The notes under the pieces: generated by a model
What the model saw: only the letters and a program-made list of their open reading frames with translations
Databases searched by the model: none
Told to the model about the DNA's origin: nothing
Part shown: positions 49,188 to 60,580 of the stretch, in pieces
Layout: the number at the start of each line of letters is the position of its first letter
Position numbering within the stretch: position 1 is the stretch's first letter
Position numbers and translations under genes: made by a program
From: Takakia lepidozioides
Taxonomy: Eukaryota; Plantae; Bryophyta
NCBI GenBank assembly: GCA_030704615.1
Contig: CM060733.1
Location: forward strand, 62,620,001 to 62,684,000
Reading direction: 5' to 3'
Length of the DNA stretch: 64,000 nucleotides

Positions 49188-51194
49188 AGGGGCTGCTATT
49201 TCATGAGCGGCATGAGCATGAGCGGAAAAAAAAAAAAGCATGAGCAAACCATTGTGAGTCCACGGAAATAGGGTTAGGAGGCACGGAAATAGGGTCATGT
49301 GAAGTTGGAATGTGGCACCAGTGGACTTGAAATGCAACATTTTATTGCAAATTTTGTGGCAAACCACGTCTATACAAGTGTGTTCTAACTGTCATAGCCG
49401 GAATGGGCACTACTCTCCTACACCCTCCGAGGAACTTGCCCCACCTTCTTCCTCATCCCCCTCATCCCCCTCATCCTCCGAGCTCTGTGATGCATCAGTT
49501 CCACTATGCCTCTCAAAAATCCCGTCCTCTCCTTGGGGGACTGTCCACCTCACCTCCTGGGAATCTTCTGCGTCTTCTCCCCCACTTTCCTCAGCAGAAT
49601 CCAAGACAAATCTACGAGCCCGACGGGCTCTAATAGCTGCTGCCTCCTCCCTCATCTTCATTTTCTTGAGGCTTGCCTCGTCTAAAATCTGCTGTACACG
49701 ACTAGGTTCGGAACACCTCCTAATGGACACCGAAGCAAGCCGGGCAGCATAAGTACGAAGGATGTACTCCCTTTCTGGACTAGGCATGAAATCCCCCCTG
49801 GCAAAAAAAGACACGTTCCTCCTGCCCATGAACTCCGGTGTAGACGTCCCTCCGGCAGTACTTGGCATCCTACAATAAGAACAAATCCACTTCAAGAATG
49901 TCAATACCAGCACAACCAGAAAGGGTTTTCAATGAAATAAGAGAGCGGAGGGAGGTGCCTCACAAAATCTGGAGGCAACTTACAATGCCACCACTCACTC
50001 GTAAACCGGGGGCTCCTCGGCCTCGATCCCAACTTCCTCCCCCTGCTCCTTCTCGGATTTTTCCTCATCCTCCGAGGATGCCTCTTCCTCTTTCGGCAGA
50101 CGTTCAGCCGCTGCAAGTTCCGAGTTGTGGAGGGCAGTATCTGGCTCGAAGGTGAACACATGCCTGTCGGACAACGTCCCTGCCTTGAAGCACCTGAGGA
50201 ACAAAGCGGGCGGTTAATAGCTTGCAATTGCAATCGGGCCAGGGGACAAACTGAGCACGTGAAGGCTTACCCGTGCCACATGTGAGGTCCAGAATCCGCC
50301 CTTGGACATCCGAGCACGTCTCCATGAGGGTTTGGATGAAAGCAGGGCTCCGGGTCCGGCTGTACCGCCACGGTTTGCCTGTCTTTGTGTCCTTCGGCAT
50401 ACTGGAGTGGGGCACATAGTTGTAGAGGACATCGTAGGTTACAGGGTCTAGAAATGAGTGGGCCTAGATATGGAAAAATGGCGCCGAATTTCGGTTTTCG
50501 GTGACTGCCACCCTAGGGACTTAGCCATCTTGGGAGCCCTGAACTGGAAATTCGGCGCCATTTTTCCCGGTTTGGCCCGAAAATGGCCAAGTCCCAGAAC
50601 CGCAATAGGGCCTAGAACTGGAAAAATGGCGCCGAATTTCCAGTTCAGGGCCAGCCACCCTAGGGACTTAGCCCGAAAATGGCTACGTCCCTGAACGGCA
50701 ATAGGGCCTAGAACTGGAAAATGGCGCCGAATTTCCAGTTCGGGGCCAGCCACCCTAGGGACTTAGCCCGAAAATGGCTACATCCCTGAACGGCAATAGG
50801 GCCTAGAACTGGAAAATGGCGCCGAATTTCCAGTTCGGGGCCAGCCAGTCTAGGGACTTAGCCCGAAAATGGCTAAGTCCCTGAACGGCAATAGGGCCTA
50901 GAACTGGAAAATGGCGCCGAATTTCCAGTTCGGGGCCAGCCAGTCTAGGGACTTAGCCCGAAAATGGCTAAGTCCCTGAACGGCAATAGGGCCTAGAACT
51001 GGAAAATGGCGCCGAATTTCCAGTTCGGGGCCAGCCAGTCTAGGGACTTAGCCCGAAAATGGCTAAGTCCCTGAACGGCAATAGGGCCTAGAACTGGAAA
51101 ATGGCGCCGAATTTCCACTTCAGGGCCAGCCACCCTAGGGACTTAGCCCGAAAATGGCTAAGTCCCTGAACGGCAATAGGGCCTGGAACTGGAA
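49188..51194 (-). mobile_element. MULE family A copy A3, right piece (inverted; internal ~1.4-kb deletion)
   Basis: 49188-50447 is the reverse complement of ~46112-47382, including the terminus. 50448-51194 is the reverse complement of the 95-bp intron array. Confidence 0.93.
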
Positions 51195-51639
51195 GGTTAT
51201 TCATCGATAAGAATTACCTGCACGAAGGTAATTCATCGATCAGAATTACCTGCAGGAAGGTAATTCTGAGCGATGAAATACCTGGCAAATGGAAATTCGG
51301 CGCCGAATATCCATACGCCAGCGATCCGACTTACCTGCTGGATGGAAATTCGGCGCCGAATTTCCATCCATCCGGGATTCGAATTACCTGCAGGATGGAA
51401 ATTCGGCGTCGGATGTCCATCCATTCGGGATTCCACTTACCTGCTGGATGGAAATTCGGCGCCGGATTTCCATCCATCCGGGATTCGAACTACTTGCAGG
51501 ATGGAAATTCGGCGCCGGATCTCCATCCATCCGGGATTCGAACTACCTGCAGGATGGAAATTCGGCGCCGGATCTCCATCCATCCGGGATTCCACTTACC
51601 TGCTGGATGGAAATTCGGCGCCGGATTTCCATCCGAGGG

Positions 51640-52330
51640 ATGGTCTCGGAGAGGTGCCGGCCTCTCCGCCGCTCTGTTGGATATTCGGTGCCGAATCTCC
51701 GTCCGGGGGTTGAAATATGACGGCCAGGTGCCGACCTCTCCCCCCTCCCCAACTGCATTGGAACGGCCCCGGATTGAAATTCGGCGCCGTTTTTCCATCT
51801 GGGGAGGTTTTTATGTCGGCCAGTTTTCGGTCTGACCCCCGACACGACTTCCTTTGGGGGGGCCCGGATGGAAATTCGGCGCCGAATCTCCATCCAGGGG
51901 ATGCTCTCTGTCGAACACGTGTCGGCCTCTACGCCCGAGGCGACTTCATCCGGGCGTCCCCTGTTGGATATTCGGTGCCGAATTTCCGTCTGGGGGTTGA
52001 AATGTGACGGCCAGGTGCCGGCCTCTCCCCCCTCCCCGACTGCATCCGAACCGCCCCGGATGGAAATTCGGCGCCGTTTTTCCATCTGGGGATGTTTTTA
52101 TGCCGGCCAGTTTTCGGCCTGACCCCCCGACACGACTTCCTTTGGGGGAGCCCGGATGGAAATTTGGCGCCGAATCTCCATCCAGGGGATGTTCTCTGTC
52201 GCACACGCGCCGGCCTCTGCGCCCGAGGCGACTTCATCCGGGCTTCCCCTGTTGGATATTGGGTGCCGAATTTCCATTCGGGGGTAGTAATGTGACGGCA
52301 CGGTGCCGGCTTCTCCCCTTCAGCCGACAT
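51640..52330. repeat. Diverged 96-bp-family array with 288-bp (3-unit) periodicity upstream of the transposase
   Basis: CTGTTGGATATT at ~51674, 51961, 52249. Occupies the position homologous to the 14925-17230 array. Confidence 0.8.
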
Positions 52331-52579
52331 CATCCGGACGGCCCCCCACTTTCTGACTGCATACCGTTGGCAGTTATTGCGCAAAGACCAGGGGCTGCAT
52401 TCCGGAGACAAGGTTCATTAACACTCTGACTGGATTTTTGAGATAGTTGGCTCCCTGGATTTGGATCAGGCTTCGTCGCTCGGACAAATCGGCATCTAAT
52501 TCATTCCCATCGCTGTATCCCCCTTCTACCAGGGAGCTTCCCCGCACGCCATCCTGGCAGTCTTGTGTGCACATCTCCC

Positions 52580-55500
52580 ATGGCGGAAAACCCGAGCGCT
52601 ACAGTGTACTGCCCTCCTCATGAGCATAGAGCTTCATTTCCGTGCAGAGGGGACATCTGCCGGGTGATGGAGAAATATTTGTGCGTTCGATACCACCTGA
52701 AACCGGGGTCGGTTTTTTTGGAGGAGGAAAGGAAGGACTCTAACGGCCTTGTTGTCGAGAGTATTGTTGTGCTCCACGATGATTTCGGCGATGGCAGGGA
52801 ATGGCGAGTTCCACCATCGGACAGCGTCATATACAGGGCTGTTGGGGACTTCATTTGCCCGCCAAATGCACCTTCTATCCTTGCGCCTTCCACGAAACAA
52901 TCCGCGAATCAGAGAGTGGCTACCTCAAAGAGAGAAGTCCGCAACGAAGTAGATCCAGAGCCGAACCCATCCATGAAGACGAGCGAGAACCGGGTTGTTC
53001 ACAACCTGTCCGACTCAGACGAGGTCATGGAAGTTCTGAGGTCGTCCTGGAGATCAGGCAAGTCCTCAATGGACGTCAGTGGAGGAGGGAGTCATATTCC
53101 CAGCACGAGCACCGCAGTTCGATCTATTCTTGAAATTCTGCGAGGGCTTCACATGGAGGGACACCGGTCGGAGCTGGCCGGGCTGGACTACAGCAAGTTT
53201 GCAATTAAATCGGTTACATGCCTTCCCGCCGACGTCGACGGTAATATCTTCTTTGAGTTCCCTCCTCGGGCGGACTACTCGAGGGCGTCCGGAATGTTGA
53301 CAGATATGGATAGAAAACATGACGGTCATCCTTGGTGCGTTACCAAAACCACCAGCATGAAGATGCTCGATGGTGTGCGGGTGCGCTACGTTGTTTGTGC
53401 GGGCGCGTTGCGGTGTTTCTCCCCAACTTGCTTCCACTTTAAATCCAGAGGTCACAGGAACGAGACCGATTGGACAGGCACAGCTCATCAACCATTTCGA
53501 GCTCAGGAGAAGGTTTTGAACTCCACATTTAAGTGTGCGCATTGCAAAGAACCACCACACTGCATGTTTGTTTGTAATGCCAAGCAGTTCTATGTGTTGC
53601 ACCGTTTCCCTGACCTCACCCGAACTTGCATACACGTTGGTTCCCATTGTCACAAATTGGCGAGGGGGAACTCGCGGGAGGCTGCCCACAAAGCAGAGCA
53701 GCTCGTTCAGGAGGAGGTTAAGTTGAGACCGGGTGCCAAACCCAAACAGATACAGCTCCAAGCCGCCCATAAGATGGCATTGGCCAGAATTATGTCGGAA
53801 GACGGCTCCGATAGAGTTCCTCTCGACGAGAAGGAAATGGAGGCATTGCTGGAGTCGGTGTCCCACGTATGTTCACCGAATGTCCGAAACCACATTGTCT
53901 CATGCAAACAGAAAATTGGGCGTGGCTTGGATATGCACTCCATTCTGGAGGTGAAGCGACGATGTGGATATGACTACATTCATGGAAGTAGGTTTCCAGG
54001 ACAAGGGACTGAGGCAGATCGTTGTTTCGTATTCAAAATGTCCACGTGTAGACCTGGCAGCGGCGTCGAACTGGTCGACTGGATGACGAGTGGGAACTTG
54101 TCAAACAGTTGGGTCATGTTCGACCATATCAAGCGAATTACAAATCACCAGTGGGTGACAATGGGTACACATGTCTACGACACCCACTGCAGGATGCTAA
54201 TGACAATTGCTATTTGTGAGATGAAAGGAGAGGACACACAATCGGAGATGCTTCTTTGGCAAGGAATAAACGAACAGATGGCCAAGGCAGGATTGCCCCC
54301 TCCCAATTTCCGTGGTTTCATGGCGGACAACGCACAAGCAAATTGGGCTGCCATCCGAAGGGTGTACGGGCAAGACCCCAATGTTCCCATGGAAGGCAAG
54401 GAGAGATCTTGTGGGTTCCATTTTCTGCAGAGCCTTTCGCAGTACACAACCAGGCTCGTGGCGCCAGATTTCAGAGAGGAGCACCGTTCCATGTGCCTTG
54501 TGTGGAAGCGCGCTCCCACCTTGGATGATGCAGAGACACAGTTTGCATGCATACGGGCTTGGTGGACATCGTCAGGTGCTGTAAGGAAATCAGACGAGGG
54601 AGCAATGGTCAGTTGGCTACCATGGTGGCATTATCGTTTCCTCCAGTTCGGCGACTATATGCGGGAGGTGAGTTCGCCGAATTCGCGTCCCGTTGAATAT
54701 TATTCTTGGCCATATTTGTAACTTGCTTGTAACCTCAACATGTGTTTGTGCAGGAAATGTGTCTCGACTCCGACACTGACATGCCCACGACAAACATGGC
54801 TGAATCAGTGCACTCTTCCTGGCGTGCCTCCTCTGCGGCGCATCTGGTGGACATCCTCACTGCCACAACGGAGGACATTGTGAGGTCAATTATGCAGCAA
54901 TGCAGGTACAACGAGTTCTTGAAAGGGAAACAGTGGGGCTTGGGGCCGGACAGGCAGGAAATGCTGATGCGAACTGCCTCTAGATCGAAGAATCCTCGGA
55001 AGTGGGCGGCGGCCTTGCGAGAGGGCCTTCGGGACACGCCATTGTTGCGAAGAGGCCAACATTTGGAAAGAGATGTTCATACCCGTCCAGTGAGACGAAG
55101 ACTTGAGGAGGCACCTAGCGGAGAAGAGGATTCATGGCGAGCTGACAAGAATATTCGCACGCTCCCTCGTGGTCCGGTGATGTTGCCTGAGGAGGTCTCG
55201 TCGAGCACCACAAGTCCTGCACGTTCAAGATCGCCATCTCCTTTGAGCACAGGGCGCGTGCCCCGGCAACATAACGAGCCATCTGTAGTAAAGCAATACA
55301 ACATTCCCATTGTGGAGACAAGAGTGTCGGAGTCACAGTGGAGAATTGCGAGGACATTGCCGGCATTTCGAGGGAAGTGCTGCGCCATCCGGGTGGATAC
55401 GAGAGCACGTTGTGGTGAGATGATTCGGAGGAACCCACACGGTGCTGTACCTGCACCTTGTTTCAGCGGCAGATTTTTTTACCCCCACATTTGCTCACGC

Positions 55501-56173
55501 CACAACGCAGACATTTTGGTTTTGTAGGCACGACATAATGACCTGTGTATTTGGCAAGCCCAAGTACGGGATTCAGGGAATGCCGGAGCCTCCAGGCGTC
55601 TGGCCTGTTGCACCGGGTTGCAGCCTCTCTCAGAATGAGGCGGATGCTCTATCTGCAGCAGGATTTCAAATGGTGCAATGCACAGACATCCCGGCCCACG
55701 CATTTCCGGTTCCTCAGACCCAGCCATTGCAGACTGCTCGGTCCAGTAGAGACGGATTGGACAATTCTCCACATCCCACAATGCGATTCGGAAGAGTGAA
55801 GAGACGACACCCTCCCAACAAGTTGAATGAGACTCGGATTGCCAATGCTCTTGGGATGGCTTGCACTATTCAGAGCTCCGTGGACGTACCCCCACCTGGC
55901 CTTGGGCGTGTGTATCGGATGGCAACGGCCGGCTCGGCTGTACGCGACGATGTATACACAATTACGATTGGAGTGGAGCCGACTTGCAATTGTACGGACT
56001 TCTCGTTGATGGAAGCAAAGAAGGGTTCGAAGTATTATCCGTGCAAGCATCTGTATTACATTTACCTGAAGAGGTTGAGGATGAACGTGACTATTGATGA
56101 CTTTATTCATGCACCGGCGTTGAGCGTGAACGAGCTGCACAAACTCCTCCTTAGGGATTCCAGAAATCATTGA
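52580..56173 (+). CDS. MULE-superfamily transposase (GCM-like Zn domain, DDE core, SWIM); two exons, one +1 frameshift in a T7 run
   Basis: Exon 1 52580-54667, GT-AG intron 54668-54753, exon 2 54754-56173. Catalytic and accessory motifs: VMFD, FMAD, CGFH (CxxH), TTNMAESVH, SWIM CNCTDF...PCKH. Removing one T at 55474-55480 gives a ~1,168-aa ORF. Confidence 0.92.
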
Positions 56174-56324
56174 TGGGGCAAAGAGAATCCTCCATATGGA
56201 TATTTTCAATTGCATTTTGCTGTATCAGACTTTTTTTTGCAGTGTAATGAAATGCACCCCAAAACTCCTGGAATGAGGCAATATTCCATTCAAACTGAGA
56301 TCCAACAGAAGCAGTTGTGGGGCC

Positions 56325-56765
56325 ATTTCTGGAAAAATGGCGCCGAATTTCTCTTTTTGGGGCCGAAAACTGGCTAAGTCCCAACATGCACTGGTACCTG
56401 TGTCTGGGAAAATGGCGCCGAATTTCTCTTTTTTGGGCCGAAAACTGGCTAAGTCCCAACATGCACTGGTACCGTGTCTGGAAAAATGGCGCCGAATTTC
56501 TCTTTTTTGGGCCGAAAACTGGCTAAGTCCCAACATGCACTGGTACAGTGTCTGGAAAAATGGCGTCGAATTTCCCTATTTTGCGCCGAAAACTGGCTAA
56601 GTCCGAACATGCACTGGAAAAATGGCGCCGAATTACCTGTCATGAGGGGACCTATAGCCGCGGAATTCGGCACCATTTTTCGCCAGAGAGACCTATTACC
56701 GCGAAATACGTCGCTGTTTTTTCAGGTTACGGACCCTATTACCGCGAAATTCGGCGCCATATTTG
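56325..56765. repeat. Subterminal tandem repeats (~74 bp x 4-5) carrying GGAAAAATGGCGCCGAATTTC
   Basis: Units at ~56329, 56404, 56477, 56552, plus isolated cores up to ~56760. Confidence 0.9.
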
Positions 56766-56997
56766 CACATGTCGCTGGGAATTGGCATGAGCGGAAGACG
56801 AAATATCATGAGCACAACTGTCAAAACTGCAAGTTTCCCTTCAAGGGGCCGAATAATATATTTGTTTCTTCTGACACATTGCATTAAAGTATTGTTTTTT
56901 ATTGTTTTTTATTTTCGAAATTTGTACTTCTGCTCATGAAAACCGATTGTCTTACTACTCCGCTCATGCCGCTCATGCTTATGAAATAGCAAACCTC

Positions 56998-57505
56998 GTC
57001 GTCCAGAAGCTAAACGTCAACCTTCCATTGTCTATTCCTTGAATTAATACATCACCTGCGTTTGGTAACTGATGTAATGCTGCTAACTCAGGGTTGACAT
57101 CTTCCAACATCGTGGATGCTTGCTCTATCATTTTGATCAACCTTATCTCGCATGGTTCTTTAGCAATGATCAAACCTAGAACTCTCTATGATTTGGTCTT
57201 CCCTTTACTCCCTTTGAGATAATCTAGCACTAACATGAGTCATACCTTCCGAATCTACTGCTACCCATGTGTTACTATCCTGACATACGTATATTGCCCT
57301 GTGTGAATGATTCTGATAGCTAGATCTCCAGGCAGCGTGTAGTTCGGGTTTTGTGGATAAAACCCAAGCAGTTCTATATTAGAAAATCCAACCACTCTGA
57401 TCACGTGGTCACCCATTTGTGGCCCTGCAATCAAATAATTTGCTCTTGCGTCTCTTGCAAGAGACAGACACAAGTCTTGAAGTCTGCCTGAATGCCTGGC
57501 TGGTT
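56998..57505 (-). mobile_element. 5' part of the gypsy element's upstream ORF region (continues at 47392 across the TSD)
   Basis: ...GRLTFSFWT (minus) joins in frame to TGNVVEFQPRDRLVRVEH... (47390 onward, plus) when the MULE and one TSD copy are removed. Confidence 0.8.
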
Positions 57506-60120
57506 CACAACATGCAGAGAGAACGCATAAAGGCTGTCCAGCTTCAAGCCGTTCTTTTGCATTCCTTCAAATAGTTGCAGGACCTCCCTATGACAACCAT
57601 GCTGGGCATATCCTGCGATCATCGCATTCCACGACACCACATTTTGTTCAGCCATATTGTCAAATATTCCATTTGCATCCTCAATGCACCCACATTTCGC
57701 ATACATGTCCACCAGGGCAGTGTCCAGAATGACATTTGGTACAATTCCAGCTTTGATGATGTCACCATGCACCTCTTTGCCCTGTTCCAGGGCTGCCAGG
57801 CTTGCAATGCTTAAACGCACACAAACGTGATGTGGTTGTATTTCACCCCTTCCCCCATCATTTGCTCATAGGTCTCCAAGGCCTCCATCTCGCACCCCTG
57901 CTGTGCATACCCTGCAAGCATTGCGTTCTAGGACACCAAATCTCGTTCAGCCATATTGTCGAACACTCCCTTGGCATCCTTGATGCACCCACATTTTGCA
58001 TACATGTCCACCAGGGCAGTGTTCATAATGACATCTGGTACAATTCCAGCTTTGACAATGTCACCATGGACCTCTTTGCACTTTTCCAGGGCTGCCAGGC
58101 TTGCACACGCATTGCAAATGCAAACAAATGTGATGTGGTTGGGCTTCAACCCTTCCCGCATCATTTGCTCATAGGTCTCCAAACCTCCATCCCGCGCCCT
58201 TGTTGTGCATATCCTGCAATCACCACATCTCATTCAGCCATACTGTTGAACACTCCCCTCATACATGTCCACGGTGGTATTGTTCAAAATGACATTTGGT
58301 ACAATTGCAGCTCTGACATGTCGCCATGGACCTCTTTGCTCTTTTCCAGAGCTGCCAGGCTCGCATTCCATGACACCACATCTCGTTCAGCCATAGTGCT
58401 GAAAACTCCCTTCGCATCCTTAATTCACCCACATTTGACATATGTCCACCAACAGTGTTCAGAATGACATATGGTACAATTCCAGCTTTGACGATGTCAC
58501 CATGGACCTCTTTCCCCTTTTCTAGAGCTCCCAGGCTTGCACACGCATTACAAACACAAACAAATGTGATGTGGTTGGGCTTCACCCCTTCGCGTAGAAT
58601 TTGCTCATAGGTCTCAAAAGCATTCCTACCACACCCATGCTTGGCAAATCCTACCAACATTATATTCCACGTGATCAAAGATCGTTGAGGCATTTTGTTG
58701 AACACTTGGTGAGCACCTGCTTTCTAGCTTCCAGACCTTTCATCTTGATGCACTCAAGCAAGAAACAGACATAGGTATCTGAATCTGCTGAAATGCCTCC
58801 TTGGTTTAAAGTCTGTAGAGCCTCTGTAAGTCTGCCTGCCTCACAAAGCATCTTCACATGCGCAGAAGTTCCAGAAGAGGCATTGTGGACTCCCTCTCTT
58901 GATCCTCTTTCAGAAGCCGTGGTCATTGTTGAGGTGCCTGATTTTATCAACTGTGCCGCTGCGGCTGCGGCTTCCAGTTGACCATCTACCCATGCAGGTT
59001 TCTTGTAGCTATTGATCCACAGGGAATCATAGGTAATCTGGAGCTTGAAATCCGGCCCTCTTGGATGAATCTAGACCCACACTCTATCCCTGCTCCTTCA
59101 GCTATCCATGCCTTTGCACAAATTATGCGTACATCCTTGCCTTGCTGCTAGCAGCTGACAATGACAGCCTAGAATTGTTCCAGCAAACACCCCAACCCTA
59201 CTTCAATTCAGCTTTGACGATGTCAACATGGGCCTCTTTCCCCTTTTCCAGAGCTCCCAGGCTTGCATACGCATTGCAAACACAAACAAATGTGATGTGG
59301 TTGGGCTTCACCCCTTCACGGAGAATTTGCTCATAGGTCTCAAAAGCATTCCTACCACACCCATGCTTGGTAAATCCTGCCAACATTATATTCCACGTGA
59401 TCAAGATCGTTGAGGCATTATGTTGAATGCTAGGTGAGCATCTATGATGCTCCCGCCCTTAACGTACATGTTGACAAGGGTGTTGAGTAGAGACATTTGG
59501 CGTGAATCCACTTTGGATAATGTGCGTGTGCACCCGCTTTCCAGCTTCCAGACCTTTCATCTTGATGTACTTAAGCAAGAGACAGACATAGGTATCTGAA
59601 TCTGCTGAAATGCCTCCTTGGTTTAAAGTCTGTAGAGCCTCTGTCAGTCTGCCTGCCTGACAAAGCATCTTCACAGGCGCAGAAGTGCCAGAAGAGGCAT
59701 TGTGGACTCCCTCTCTTTGATCCTCTTTCAGAAGCTGCGGTCATCGTTGAGGTGAGCATTCCAGAGCTTCTCCTCATCTCTGTTATCTGTTTTTCGATTC
59801 TTTCCTGTTGCCACATTGGCAGTAACATGTCAAAATCACTCCAAAAGATCCTCTTTCAGAAGCTGCGGTCATCATTGAGGTGAGCATTCCAGAGCTTCTC
59901 CTCGTCTCTGCTATCTGTTTTTCGATTCTTTCCTGTTGCCACATTGGCAGTAACATGTCAAAATCACTCCAAAACCACCATAGATCCACCAACGAGCTAA
60001 CTTGCAGAGTTCAACATCAAAATTTAGGGACGACTCTGATAACAGGCATCTCAAGGCAGAGTCTGATGAGAGGCAAAACAGGCTGAAATAGGTTGAAGAA
60101 GAAGGTGCCCTCACCACATT
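57505..60120 (-). pseudogene. Scrambled PPR pseudogene(s): two partial 5' copies paralogous to the intact PPR-DYW gene
   Basis: The N-terminus MTTASERG...LNQGGISADSD appears twice (58675-58950, 59460-59750). PLS motifs carry many deletions. The upstream block 59780-60120 matches ~28275-28485. ~59718-59845 is locally duplicated. Confidence 0.92.
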
Positions 60121-60580
60121 GCATGAAACCCCTCCGCGCTCGAGCATGCGGGGGCATCCCTTCCCCGCGCTGCTTTTCGGGCATTTCGGGCAGGTTCCAA
60201 AGAAATTGACGACGACGATGACGTGTCTACGATGACCTGGCTACGATGATGTGGCTACGATGATGTGTCTATGATGACGTGGTGACGAAACGTGGCGATG
60301 AAACGTGGTGACGATGATGTGGCACTATGGCACCCTATTCCTGCTCTACGCTAAACTAGCTTCCGACCTTCGATCGTCGCTAGAACTAATGCTTTATGTG
60401 TATATTGTGGGCCCAACAGACTAGCTTATGTGTTTTGTGGGCCCCAACAGACTAACTTGCCGGGCAGACCCAGTAGCAGATTGGCCGGTTCCGGGTAGGG
60501 GCGTGCTCCCACCCTCCGCGACCCCCTCTGCCACACGCGGGCCTTGCCGCAGCCACAGGCGTGGGCATTCAAGACGCTAA
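60121..60580 (+). mobile_element. Possible non-autonomous Helitron 3' end
   Basis: Imperfect hairpin GCCGCAGCC-ACA-GGCGTGGGC about 10 nt before CTAA|T (CTRR|T) at 60577-60581; GATGAYGTGG repeats at 60210-60325. 5' boundary uncertain. Confidence 0.45.

Larger units (their letters stand above)
51191..56997 (+). mobile_element. MULE family A copy A2, transposase arm
   Basis: Central repeats, transposase, subterminal repeats, and terminus ...GCTTATGAAATAGCAAACCTC (56997) followed by GTCGTCCAG (rc CTGGACGAC, the TSD mate). Confidence 0.93.

Noticed and set aside
49188-56997. A complete autonomous element bounded by two TIRs
   Set aside because: The flanks (ACCGCCTAG vs GTCGTCCAG) are not a TSD. 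The true mate of the 56997 end is 47382; this unit was created by the inversion.
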